In this document: in pieces, positions 12,678-24,772 of the stretch
How positions within the stretch are numbered: the stretch's first letter is position 1
How the letters are laid out: each line of letters begins with the position of its first letter
NCBI GenBank assembly: GCA_052426225.1
Contig: JBNJNM010000010.1
Coordinates: 62,001 to 126,000, forward strand
Length of the DNA: 64,000 nucleotides
DNA from: Zancudomyces culisetae HAW-14-8
Taxonomy: Eukaryota > Fungi > Kickxellomycota
Direction: 5' to 3'
Notes under the pieces: model-generated
What the model was told of the DNA's origin: nothing
Databases searched by the model: none
What the model saw: only the letters and a program-made list of their open reading frames with translations
Made by a program: the position numbers and the translations under genes

Positions 12678-14694
12678 TATCTCGTATTAAGCTTTATCCT
12701 GCTTTTCTCTTGTTTTGTGAAAATTTTTGTCAAGGTTATACAATTTCGCTTTCCTGCAATAAATTTCTTATAAATCCTGTTCTAGCTGTTGATCTTGGCA
12801 TATGTTTATTTAGTGATATAATGTGCAAATGTACCTTGGATTCAAATCCGATTTAATGATAGTATTATTATATTATGTTTTAAACTGGTATTTTCGCGAC
12901 TCTCGACTTTTTACATGTAAATACTTTCTACGTTGGCTCGAACAACTGAAAAAAAAAGGAATGGTGACATTAGAGTTTGGATGGGAAAAGTATTTGGTAA
13001 AATAAATGTTTTGATTTTCCTTAAGTGGGTCGAGAGAAGGGGGTGTGGTGGGGATAGGAGAATCAAGGCAAAGCAGAAATAGCAGTGTGTTGAATCTCAA
13101 CCATAGACCCGAATCGAATCGCCCTTAATTAATTTAGATCAAATTACATCAACTAGCACTTGACAAATCAAAGTAACAGATATCACAATATTTTGCATCA
13201 GTGGTGCTAAATTGGTTTGAATTAAGGATGGGAAAAATAAAATCTCACACCTTCACCTTCCCTATTGAGCTTCAAAAGGCTCCATCTACCTTGCTCTCTG
13301 TTTTTTACATAGTTTTTTCTTTTGAGTTATCCTGGTTTTCAGCGCCAGCTTGGAGATGATCAAAGGAATTTCAAATAAGAGTTGCTGCACTTGCTGCTGG
13401 ATTTTTAGATTGTATTCGCTTTGTTTATTTTAGGGAAGGGCACTGGATAAACACCAACAATCCAAAATCAACTTTTGTAAGGTTGGTTGAACAAATGAAT
13501 GAGTTCTAATTTATCAACCTGCCAATAGTTGGTTTTTATTAAGAATCATCAAAAAAAATCAAGAAAAAAATCAACTAAAAAATCGAAACTGTTATGCAAA
13601 GTAAATCCACACATAAAAACAAAGAAAATCTGCAGCAATTCACCCATAAACGAAGGCAAAAAAATAAAATACTCCTAGCTCAGTTTTGTGCCGCAACCCT
13701 GAAACGAGCATTTGAACAAATATGAAGGCTTGAATTTCTAGCCAGTTGTATACTCACATTTATTTATATTGTTTTTTAATATGTGACCATTTGCAAACTC
13801 AACCCCCAAATCAATCAGCCATTAAATCTATGAAGGTAAACGCTACTAGTTTATGGTTTTTTATGTTATTTGTTTTGAAAAAAATTTTTTTTTCCAGGCA
13901 TCCCCATCTCGTTTTGTCAATTTTATGCAAAAGTTGGAGAAAAGGCAACGCGTGATGTGTGATCCCCAAACATTCTTGTATTTAGTCCTTATGTTAAAGA
14001 GCAGTACAGGAACCAAAGGAAGTTATTTAAAAAAAAGATAGGGGGGGAGATGTAAACTAGATAAAAGCATATTGCAAAGCATCAAATGCTAAACTGAAAT
14101 AATCTACGTAAAGCTAAGCAGTATATCATATAAAACCAAGTAGAGTAGGACCAAAATTTGTGCTCTTTATTTGGGGGGGCTCAGCTGCAAGGGAATGAGA
14201 AATCCAAAAATAATTTTGCATTAAACTTGTACACTTATAATAAATCATAGCAGCCCAAAAATGTAGATAGCTACAATTCAAGCCGGAAAAAAATTTTTTT
14301 TAGTGAGTAGGCCAATGGTTTTTCAGAATTTCGAACTTTGAAACTTTATATCATTATTTTTGACAATTGTAAATAGTCTTAAGGCTTGGACAAGGTATAG
14401 TAATGTAACAGAAATTCTCTAATGAGGAAAAAAAAAAACAATGTGGGCGATTTGATTGTAGCCAGGATAGAAAACAAGGCAATTTTTTTTAGCAACGAAA
14501 ATTTTCACAGATTCCTATTTTATTTTTACTTTTTTGGAATAAATGAAATTATATTAGTATTCATTTTAAAAACAAGGGAGTAAATATAGAAACTTACAGG
14601 AAAGAGATTTGTGAAAGACTACTAAAGTATAAAGTAAAAATAAATAAAGAATAGTTAAAGAATAAGTATAGAAAAGCATAAACAACTAGAAAAG

Positions 14695-16263
14695 ATGAGC
14701 AAGGAAAGTAGCACACAAGTAAATTATGAACACGGAGCAAAACAAAAAAATACAGTAAAATCGATTGGTTGGTATTTTGTCAAAGAATTTTATACAGTTT
14801 TGAGTAAAGATGCGAGCCAAGTACAATATTTTTATGGAAAAGCGGCACAAAGTATAGCTGGAGAGGAAGGAAAGGGGGTGAGCGTCAATAAAGGAAATAA
14901 GGAGATTGGCGAGGCGTATAAAAAAAGAAAAGAAACCGATTTTAAAAATGTGCAATTCAAAATCACAACAGTAGATAGTGTGGAAGTTGAAGAGGGAAAA
15001 ATAGTGGTAAGCGTGATAGGAAATATGAAGAATGAGGACAAGAAAGTAGAGGGGGGTGTGCAACATAGAAAATATACGCAGACATTTTTGTTGGTGCGGC
15101 AAGGGGGAGGAGAGGAGGTTAGATATGAGATACAGATGGATATACTGAGATATATTGGAGGAAAAGGAGAGGAGATAGAAATGAATGTGTCTGATTGGAA
15201 GGAAGAAAACAAAGTAGAGAAACAACTCGGGACTGTAGAGGCAAAAACAAAGGCAGAAAAAGATGTGAAGCCAGAGACAAAGGAGTCGGCAAAAGGAGGA
15301 GCAACAGTGTCTATGCCAACACCAATGTCAGCACCAATCTCGATGCCAATCCCCGCCCCAGCACCAGTTCAGACGCAGGCGCCTGTGCAAATGCCGCTAT
15401 CAGTTGCACCAACAGCATCTATTTCTATGCCAGTCCCAACTTCAGTTTCAGCTGCACCAACAGCACCAACAGCACTGAAAGACGATAAAACAAAGACACA
15501 TTCACGAACAAGCTCAGCAGCAAAGGAAGCAAAATCTCAACCACACAAAAAGGACGATCAAGAAAATGTCTTGGCAACAAAAAATGACGAAAGATCATCA
15601 GCTGATGTGCCTGTTGGAAACTCATGGGCCTCGCTGGCTGCCAAAAACCAAGACAAATGGGGCAATCAAAAGGCAAATGTGGAAGCTGCCGTGTCACACG
15701 TCCCCTCTGTCACCTCTACCCCAACACCACCACAGACCTCGGCACCTTCAGGTGGTCGCTCTGGAGGAAAGGGTCCAGGTGCACGACGAAAGGAAACTAA
15801 CCCTGTCTTTGTAAAGTCTGTTCCTTCAAGTGAGATCAAGGCTGTTCGTGCTGCTTTTGTTGCTAAATTCGGTGATGTTTTGAACTGCGAAATGATCGGT
15901 TCTTCAAGTGCTGTCTTTGAATTCCAAACTGTCGAAGCAAAACGAAAGGCTCTGGAAAAAAAAGAGTTGGAGATTTCCCCCTCTTTGACTGTGCATATTG
16001 AAGATCGCAAAGCTCGATTTGGTCTTTCTTCCTCTGGTGCAAACCCATCATCAGGCGCCTCTGGTCCATCTGGTGGTGGTGATGGCAGAATCAAGCACAA
16101 CAGCAGCAATAGAAGCCTAAATGTTGATTATGATAAGGATAAGCAATCGCTGTCCGCTTCTTCTTCCACCTCTGGTTACAACAGATCAAGTCGTAATAGC
16201 AGCAGTAATGCCCTTGGGTATAATTCCTCAACCAATCCAATGAATAGATCAAGAAAGCAATAA
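14695..16263 (+). CDS. G3BP/Bre5/Nxt3-like NTF2 + RRM stress-granule protein
   Basis: NTF2-like N-terminus (IGWYFVKEFYTVL..RKYTQTFLL..DILRY), Pro-rich linker, SWASLAA motif, RRM (PVFVKSV..AVFEF..VHIEDRK). Confidence 0.88.
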   Translation: MSKESSTQVNYEHGAKQKNTVKSIGWYFVKEFYTVLSKDASQVQYFYGKAAQSIAGEEGKGVSVNKGNKEIGEAYKKRKETDFKNVQFKITTVDSVEVEEGKIVVSVIGNMKNEDKKVEGGVQHRKYTQTFLLVRQGGGEEVRYEIQMDILRYIGGKGEEIEMNVSDWKEENKVEKQLGTVEAKTKAEKDVKPETKESAKGGATVSMPTPMSAPISMPIPAPAPVQTQAPVQMPLSVAPTASISMPVPTSVSAAPTAPTALKDDKTKTHSRTSSAAKEAKSQPHKKDDQENVLATKNDERSSADVPVGNSWASLAAKNQDKWGNQKANVEAAVSHVPSVTSTPTPPQTSAPSGGRSGGKGPGARRKETNPVFVKSVPSSEIKAVRAAFVAKFGDVLNCEMIGSSSAVFEFQTVEAKRKALEKKELEISPSLTVHIEDRKARFGLSSSGANPSSGASGPSGGGDGRIKHNSSNRSLNVDYDKDKQSLSASSSTSGYNRSSRNSSSNALGYNSSTNPMNRSRKQ

Positions 16264-16509
16264 TGACATAATCTATATTATAATATATGACATTTTCTTT
16301 TAAATAGCTGGTTTTGATTTGTTATATAAACGAGTTTGTGTGTATATAAATAAATCATAATAACATTATTATTTCTGTACTTTTTATTCTCCACCACCTT
16401 TATAATAAGAATAAAAGGAATAGTACTAATAATACCAATAATAGTGGCAATAGTATTATTGAAAAAATAGTTAGCAATTAGCCCGATTCAATAACGGTGG
16501 CACACAAAA

Positions 16510-19302
16510 ATGGATTTAGGCATAGACGCAGGCGAATTTGAAGCAACAGAGTACGTACTACAAACATTTCTCAACCTTTTTAAAACGAAATCACCCTCCT
16601 ACTATATATCAAAACACAACAACAAAAAACCTAACAATAGTAAAAGATAATAACATGCGTTGTAAACTTTATATAGAGTAATTAAATTAATCTTGCAATA
16701 CCTCAAGGAAAACAATTTAACAGAAACTTTCAGCACCTTAAAGGTAAATTTAAATCTAGTGATTGTGCTATAATAACTTTCTACACTCATTTCAACAGAA
16801 TAGTAAATGTTTGTTGCGACTTTTATAGCGAGAAACTCGATTTTCTTCTGGGTTGCTTTTGGAAAAGCGAGATAAATCCAAACTTATAAATGGCGTACTT
16901 AGCGGCAAGTGGGACAGGGTGATTGAGATTCTTGACGAATTGGATATCAATTCTCTTCTTTCGGGCGATGGAAATGATCATCAAGATTTTCGGGAAGTTT
17001 TGGAGAGCATTTACTACCAGGTAAGTGTATTCATATTCAAAGTTTGCTGTAAACATAACTGGAAACAAGTGAATGGATTGCTGAATAGATGATTTTAGAG
17101 CTCGTTGAGAGCGGGGAGCGCGAGTTGTCTCGGGAACTGCTATACTACTGTGTCGGTAGCGGAATATTTAGTGAAGCACATACTCTTTCTGACGCACATG
17201 GAGCTAAAGTTAAAAAGTTGAAGCGTGTTCTTGAGCGGCTAAATGCGGATCACAGTATTGTAAGTTTAGTGAATACAATTTTGATACAAACATATTATGT
17301 TTAAATGGTAAAATATAACTAAAACGTCAAAATATAGTTGTACGGAAAAGATGGTAGACAGAACAAGCGCATCAAGGTGGCTAATGGTAAGATACTCAAG
17401 ACCCTTTCTCGAGCTAATATGCATAATTAACTCTGAATCAAAATACAATTAGAAATCGAGGATAAAGTCAAAACGAGCGAGCCACAACAGTTGCTTCAGA
17501 TACTTGCCAATCGCTTATCCAAACCGGTAACTATGGGTAAAAACATAAACCTAGGTACATCTGCGAGTAAAAAAGGGGTTGTGGTTAGCGATGGTGTAGT
17601 AGGTCAAGCAACAACAGTTGGATGGGGCGATGGAGCGCATGTTGGAGGAATCAGACTCAAAGTACCCAAAAAGGTTGTTGTAACGGCTATTAGAGTGACA
17701 AACGAGTATGTGGTGACGGGAAGCAGCGATGGAATGGTCGAAATTTATCAGGCCTTTTCACAATCACGCACACAACAAATGTTGCGCAGGGAAAGTGAAG
17801 GTGAAGGTGAAGGGTCAGGCGAACGCGAAGGGGATAATTCAGCTGTCATTTTGATACCTAGAGGTAACAAAGAAAGCTGCATAGTCATGGAGAATGAGAT
17901 AACCGATATCGACATTTTACCTCTTTCTACATTTCAAAGACAATCTAATGGAAATGTGAGAAACAACGAACAGGAAGAGGGAATTATGTTGGCAACTAGC
18001 TGTAAAAATGGCACTATTGAACTATGGAAGTTTTTCACCACTACCACCATCACAGCTGACGCAAACAACAATAATGACGATTCCGATAATAAACACAAAG
18101 GAGTTTTAAGGGACCCAAAGAGCGAAAAGGGATATCAAACAAAATTGATATACAGTTTCAAGACAGAGAATACAGAAAACGAAATCAAATCGCTTACATT
18201 TATCGAAACAAGTAGTAACGGTGGTGGATTCGGTTTGTTGTATAGTACATGGAACAGTATTAAAGTGATTGGTTTGAATTCACGACGAATCACGACCCAG
18301 TATACTTTACCCACTTTGAGCTCACCAATATCAACTGATGGTAGTATTGGTATTGGTGGCGGTGAACTTTCAGTTGAAAAATGTGTGTACTTTAGCTATT
18401 CAACGAAAGATGCTGTCACCATGGATAATAACAAACCCTTGTCTACAAACCATGTGGACATGTATGTTGATACAAACATGGTTATTGGTATTTGCAAAAA
18501 GCAAGTGGTTTGGTGGGATTCGAAAAACCCATTACATGCTTATTTGCTCGTGCCGCCATACATGGAAAAGGGTAGTAACGTTGATGGAAACAGCCGAAAC
18601 ACAAATAGAGTACTAGATATTTCAGATTTTCGGATTATCAATACTCAGGGTTTGGCACTTGAATCGCCACTTAAAAGGAACAGTTCGAGTGTCAATACCG
18701 TGAATAACGAGGAAGTCAATCATAGACTTAGCCAGACAAGTGTTAGAGGGTACATTTCATGTTGCTACAACTCGTCAATAATTAATTTATACGCGTTTCA
18801 TGGGCTGGACACAGCCACACCAAACAACAACAAAAAAATCTGTAGTGGTGACGGAACCTCCCAGAAGATCTACAGCTTGGTAAATACACTCACTCTCGAA
18901 GATGCCAAGTTCACTTCCGCTTGTTTTATGGTGATGAAATCACCCAGTACAAAAACAAGCACCACCACAGCCGATAAAAACAATTGTCACGATAAGCTCT
19001 ACCTCTGTGCATTTGACTCGCGGACATCCCGGCTATGTATTTTTGACTTGCTTTCGTCTCGACTAATCAAAACCACTGCCATACATACACCTACACCTCC
19101 AATCGCCAGTGGCTCCACCAGCGCAAACAAACACAAACCCTTTAGACCTGCGCTTGATACCAACTTTCTGATACCTTTACCCCCACATCCGCGATCATTT
19201 GATTGCGTCGATTCAAAGATAGACAATACAGGAGTGCTTTTCTACTCCACAGGCACAGGCACAGGCACAGGCAGTCACATCACTTCTTTTTCGATCTTTT
19301 AA
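16510..19302 (+). CDS. SMU1: SMU1-like spliceosomal LisH/CTLH + WD40 protein, divergent; 5 introns in the 5' part
   Basis: Spliced N-terminus EVIKLILQYLKENNLTETFSTLK..SGKWDRVI..IYYQMILELVE matches the SMU1 LisH/CTLH. WD repeats YVVTGSSDGMVEIY and MLATSCKNGTIELWK. Confidence 0.8.
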
Positions 19303-19430
19303 GATATTTTATTTACTTTTACATAGTTCAAAACGCAGAAAAAAAATACATTAACGAACTCAATAAAGAGTGTAAGAGGCATTACTGACGCAAAAGACCC
19401 CACACTTTCGCTGTCATTTTTCGTTATATC

Positions 19431-20939
19431 TTATACAACTTCAAGGCCAATAATCTCGCTTTCTGTGGTCTGTTCATTTTTTATTTTTAAGGATAAATCC
19501 AGTGGATCAGGATAAGTCAAATGTGTACCACTTGTACCAAGGTCTTCGTTTTCGTTTTCATTTGCGTTTTCAAGCTTTACTTCAACAATGTTGGTAGCGT
19601 TGTTTGTGGATATCGACCCTCTTCGTGCCAATATGTGTTCTGGCTCCGAACTTGCCACTGTGTCGTCCAGGTAGTTAGCACCATCGTTGTTATATTCATT
19701 ATTGCATTCTTCACCATTTTCATAGTCGCAACCGTACTGATTGTGGTAATCAGCACTTCCAGGAAGCGGTAATCCTAGCCTGGTTAATTTGATAAAATAC
19801 TTTTGCACTCTGCTCGCAACTTGCCGCATTGTGCGTGTACCTAGCTCGCTACTAATTTTGCGCCATCGGTTATTAGCCACTCTTTCGTCGGGATATTTTT
19901 CTAGCAATTCCTCTAACTTGCTCTGCTCCTCGTCCGTCCATGGCTTGTTGAAGATTTCAAGCGGCGGCCGCTCGTAGCCCACAGAAAACTTTTCTTTCTG
20001 CAGCGATTTCTTGAGCTTAGTCTTTGTGGCCGCTTCTGTACGAGTGCTGCTACCTGCACTCATGAGTTTCTGGATATCTATTTCCAAATCCATTTGGTTT
20101 ATTTCATTCGTTTTTGGTTTAGATTTGCTTTTTGCTTTCTGCTTGGTTTTTAATGATGATTTGGTCTTGATCTTTGTCCTTGACTTGGCTCTTGGTTCAA
20201 AGTCTTGATCAACATCGGTATTTTCTCCTCCAAAAGACATATCTGCTGGTGAAATCAATTCAAACAAACTGTCCCCCTCCGCCTTTTCATTGTTTTTTTT
20301 GTATGCAACTATGCTTTTTAGCTTTGCTTCTGCTCTGTACTTTTCTATATCTATGGATGGTACCTGCGCAACCTGCTGTCGCTTCGGTATCTCGCACTTG
20401 CCCTTTGCTTTACCCCCTCTCATCATTCCATCTTTTGTGCTGCCCCTACTGCCACTCGATCCATTCACAAACCCAAGCACACTCATGTCTATCTGGAATT
20501 CTTGTGAAAGAAATCTAAACGGCTCTTTAAGCGCTCGTTTTTCCACACTTGTTAATGTGCACAAGTCCTCTTGTGCCTGTTTTAGTTGTTCGTGCAGTAT
20601 TTCCAACGTACTATTAATAATCTTGTGTTCTCGAGCTCTAACCAACTTGAACTTTTCCAGGTCCTGATTCCGCCGCTTTTTTTGTTTTTTCGCCCTCCCT
20701 TGCTCGTTATTGTGCTTTCCCCAACCTTCATCGCCTATATCCTTACCACCATCATTAAATTTGCTGTGGGATAATCGTTGTATACTTGATATCAGCGTTT
20801 CTTCGCTGCTGTTGTCACCAGAACTGGGTATACATCCCCTTCCACTGAAAAATATATCTTGGTACTCTGTAGCCTTGCGTTTTCTTCCCCTTTTCTTTTG
20901 TGGCTGCGTCGGTGATATTAGCTGCTGCTGTACCAACAT
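19431..20939 (-). CDS. ZZZ3-like Myb/SANT-domain protein (no ZZ finger visible)
   Basis: [57 protein letters not shown]; upstream coiled coil ([23 protein letters not shown]). Confidence 0.85.
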   Translation of the reverse strand: MLVQQQLISPTQPQKKRGRKRKATEYQDIFFSGRGCIPSSGDNSSEETLISSIQRLSHSKFNDGGKDIGDEGWGKHNNEQGRAKKQKKRRNQDLEKFKLVRAREHKIINSTLEILHEQLKQAQEDLCTLTSVEKRALKEPFRFLSQEFQIDMSVLGFVNGSSGSRGSTKDGMMRGGKAKGKCEIPKRQQVAQVPSIDIEKYRAEAKLKSIVAYKKNNEKAEGDSLFELISPADMSFGGENTDVDQDFEPRAKSRTKIKTKSSLKTKQKAKSKSKPKTNEINQMDLEIDIQKLMSAGSSTRTEAATKTKLKKSLQKEKFSVGYERPPLEIFNKPWTDEEQSKLEELLEKYPDERVANNRWRKISSELGTRTMRQVASRVQKYFIKLTRLGLPLPGSADYHNQYGCDYENGEECNNEYNNDGANYLDDTVASSEPEHILARRGSISTNNATNIVEVKLENANENENEDLGTSGTHLTYPDPLDLSLKIKNEQTTESEIIGLEVV

Positions 20940-22181
20940 TTTTGTACCTTAGATTTTACACTTTGTCTGCATTTACTACCTCTTTCTCGATGCTTTTAGC
21001 GAGCAGTCTGTTTTAAATACCAATCCAATTTCAAACAATGTCCTTGCTCAATTGAAATTCCCAAATTATTTGTTTAAAAAAATACATTAATTACTTTTAC
21101 TTTTGAAAATCTATGAATACGCATCCCTTTTTTTACCCTGTTATATGCCTATCATATATGTCCTTCTGATATATCTTGTTATATTAGCTTTTTGACCAAT
21201 GTTTTCAATACTAAATTTGCCACCTGAAGCATGAATAAAAAAAATCAAAACTCGAAAAAAAAAAATCGAAAAAGAAAAGTTTCAGAGAAAAAAATTTTTT
21301 TTTTGTTTTCCGCGAATAAGAGCTCTAGTACACCAATTGATTCGCAGGGATTCTGTGTTTTGTCAACTGGAGAGGGTAGAATCTCAATTAAGAATTCCAA
21401 AAATAACATTACTGGATTTGCGAAAACAATCATGTTTTATGGTTGCGTTTTTTTTTCTTTTCCTACTACCCAGGTTTTCGCTAAACTTGCTATCCAAATA
21501 CAACATAAAAATAAACAAAAAGTAAAAAAAAGCACAGTTGAGGGTATTAGTACCAGTAATACAAATAATACCAAAAAAAAAGAACCGTACAAGCAGTAAT
21601 TGATGCCACCATGATTCTGGCGCGTGAATTTGTAGTGGCAAGATGTGAGAAAAGTAGAATAGCATCCTTTAAACAAATAATCTTATGCATTTGCTTATGT
21701 GCTCTTGAAGGGTTTGGACCATTTTCGTTTTTTTATATAATTTAGTTGCACTCTATACTTTATTATAAACAATTCATGGTTAAAATCAATTCAACCCAAT
21801 GGTAAAACTGGTTAACGGATAATTTTTTTAAAAAAAATACACCCTGTTGCTCTAGTTCCAAACTTTGCACTTGTGTTGTCGAAAGATGCACAACCTTGAC
21901 ACGTCCTTTTCTCCTTGTAATAAAATCCATTAAGTAACTTTTTCTGTGATATAGCTTTGCTGATAAGCCAATTTACATCGTCGTACACCCGTAATATACA
22001 ACAGCTAACATAATTGCCCTGAACACACATTGCCCACACAAGCGCCAAAATAATACCCAATTGTGCCCTACGAAGACCAGCAGGTCATCTAACATAAAAA
22101 AAACATGTTGTGTTTTATACCTATACTATTTAAATACTAACAAGATAAAGCACTCGTTTGGTAGTATAAACAATCCCTACT

Positions 22182-24772
22182 TTAGTATGGAACCGTGAGC
22201 GGTATAGTTTCCGTATTCACTGTATTTGTTGCGATCAATCCCACTATTTCATTAAATAAAGTTAAAATTTAGTCTCTTCATTCTTACAGCTCAATTAAAC
22301 CAAACCAATTTTCGTGAAATTAACATCCACCAGAGTGGTGGCGATTTGGTAAAAACAAACGCGAAAAATGTATATAATCCAATCTTGATTAGTTTTTGTG
22401 AAAACTTGATAGTGTTAATGAACATTGGTTACCTGTGGATTTAGGGTTCGTGGTTTTGATAATTAGTTGCACACTCGTACTTTTACTAGTGGTAGTACTA
22501 GTGGTAGTACTAGTTGATGTACGCTGAGTTGTGCTTACTGTGAGGGGAGCGCCACTACTACTGGTACTGCTTATACTACTAGTGCCACCTGAGTTTACAG
22601 TACTACTCGTAGTACTCGCGCTGCTGGTACTACTGGCACTACTGGTACTACTGGTACTGATAGGCGTAGTGGCACTACTGGCACTACTGGTACTGATAGG
22701 CGTAGTGGCACTACTGGCACTACTAATTTTAGTGGTGGTGGTACTGGTGGCACTGGTGGTAGTGGTTGATGTACGCTTAGTTTTGCTTACTGTAAGTGGA
22801 ATACTGCTGCTACTACTGTTACTGCTTATACTACTAGTGCCACTTGAGTTTATAGTACTACCCGTAGTACTCGCACCGCTGGCACTACTGGAACTATTGG
22901 TACTGATAGGCGTAGTGGCACTACTAATTTTAGTGGTGGTGGTACTGGTGGCACTGGTGGTACTGGTTGATGTACGCTTAGTTTTGCTTACTGTAAGTGG
23001 AATACTGCTACTACTACTACTACTACTACCTATACTACTACCAACTGACTGAGTTGTACTTTTGATATCTTGTGTACTTGTACCCTGTGTAGTTGGCGTG
23101 TCTGTTATGTTGCTTCCACCTATAATATTTATTAAACTAGGTTAGTTTGTTTTTTTCAGGAGTATTAAAATGAATATATTGCTTTTAACATTTTACCAGA
23201 TGTTGTGGTAGAGGAACTGGTAGATCCTTGAGGGCCCGTTTGAGTTATAGAAGAAGTACTAGTTGTAGCATTGCTGACACTGGTGGTGGTGAGGACAACA
23301 GTACCTGTTCCGACACTCGTCGAGCTTGCTGCACCTATTTTTAGTTTGTACTTGATTATTGTAGGAAGAAAAAAATGTGATAATCGAATAGTGCATAGAT
23401 ATTCCATGTAGTTGTGTATATTTATATTTATTTGCATTTACCCGATGTCTGTGTAGTTTTTACACTGGCTGAGCCACTACAGCTAGTGGGAACAGTTGTA
23501 CTCGCGGAGGAAATACTGCCTGAACTTGGTTTTTCTATAATGTGCGTATTTATTGGGAGTGTTAGCACAAATGGAATGCTCAGAATGGTATTATACATAT
23601 GTAATATTATCTAGAAGGCGTAATTAGCATATAAAAGTGTTCAACTAACCTGTCATGGGATTCCTGTTATATAAATCAGCAACATTAATCATTGGAGAGT
23701 AGTCAGCAAATTCCTGCTCATATCCGCACATAAATGATAAATCCAGCAGTTTAACATCTTTATTGTATCCCCAATAACCGGTATATCCAAACTCTGAAAG
23801 CATTATCTTGTTGATACTAACATCTTTTTTTTTCTTTGTACTATCCTCCAACATAGTCATTTCAATTCGTCGCTTGAAATAATCACCTACTTCAGTTGGT
23901 GTCTTTATGCTGTCAAACTGCAATCCTATCATGGGATATATTTTGGTTTTTCCAGGAATTCCAGATCCAAAAATCATTTTTTGGTTTTCAATATAAATGA
24001 AAAATGGCACCACTATTCGCTCAACAGCTACTATTTCTTCGTTTCCGTTGTGACTATTGCTAGTACAACGATTATTGCTGCTGCTAGAGTTGCTTATAGT
24101 CATTTTTTTGTATTCAGTCCTATGAACCTTCAGTAGCGGTGCAGTTGCTATTGGTATAACCATGTTTCCAAACTCTAACTCACTGGGTAGGTGATTGTAG
24201 CAATTTCCAACCTTGTTGTTCTTGCTTAACATATAATCCAGCAAATTAAGATTTCGTCTAGCAAAGTTATTTTGTACATCTGTGTCTTTAGACATATCCT
24301 CTCTATGCTTTTTTAATATATCCACTATTTTTGGAAGTTCGTTATTATTATACTTGCTTGTAAAAATATCAAGGTCGTTGAATGCGTTGAATTTCAGATT
24401 ATTACTATTTGGTAGATGAACCCCTGTAAAAGTTTCACCAACTATAAACTCTACAAACTCGTCCCCATACCTATCAGGATATACCGATAATCTAATAACC
24501 GATAATGTGCTGTTTTCTAGTGATCCTGTAATAAAATACCCGTTACTATTACTGTTCATACAAGCATTGTACATCCATTTGAGGTTCAAGCCATTTTTAC
24601 AAAAATCTTCAGAGCCAATTTTCAGAGTTGATATAACGGTTATATCTCTGTCGGTTACGGAGTTTTTGCTACTTTTTGTTGCTTGATCATGCGCCCAAAC
24701 ATTTCCCACTTTGTAATGTGAGGTACAAAGCACACATATTATGACACTCAGTCCTATTCTTGTGAATTTCAT
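22182..24772 (-). CDS. Secreted protein with an unknown ~350-aa N-terminal domain and a Ser/Thr-rich mucin-like repeat tail (5 exons)
   Basis: Signal-peptide-like MKFTRIGLSVIICVLC. Four phase-1 GT-AG introns join exon 1 (24772-23650) to S/T-rich exons and a last exon VGLIATNTVNTETIPLTVPY* (22243-22182). Confidence 0.72.
22480..23050 (-). repeat. Internal coding duplication (period ~190 nt) encoding SSSSIPLTVSKTKRTST..TTKISSA, plus short ATTPIST repeats
   Basis: Near-identical blocks around 22720-22830 and 22915-23025, with a diverged third copy near 22500-22570. Confidence 0.8.

Noticed and set aside
22531-23052. 173-aa Leu/Val-rich 'membrane protein' ORF
   Set aside because: Antisense shadow of the Ser/Thr repeat exon on the minus strand.
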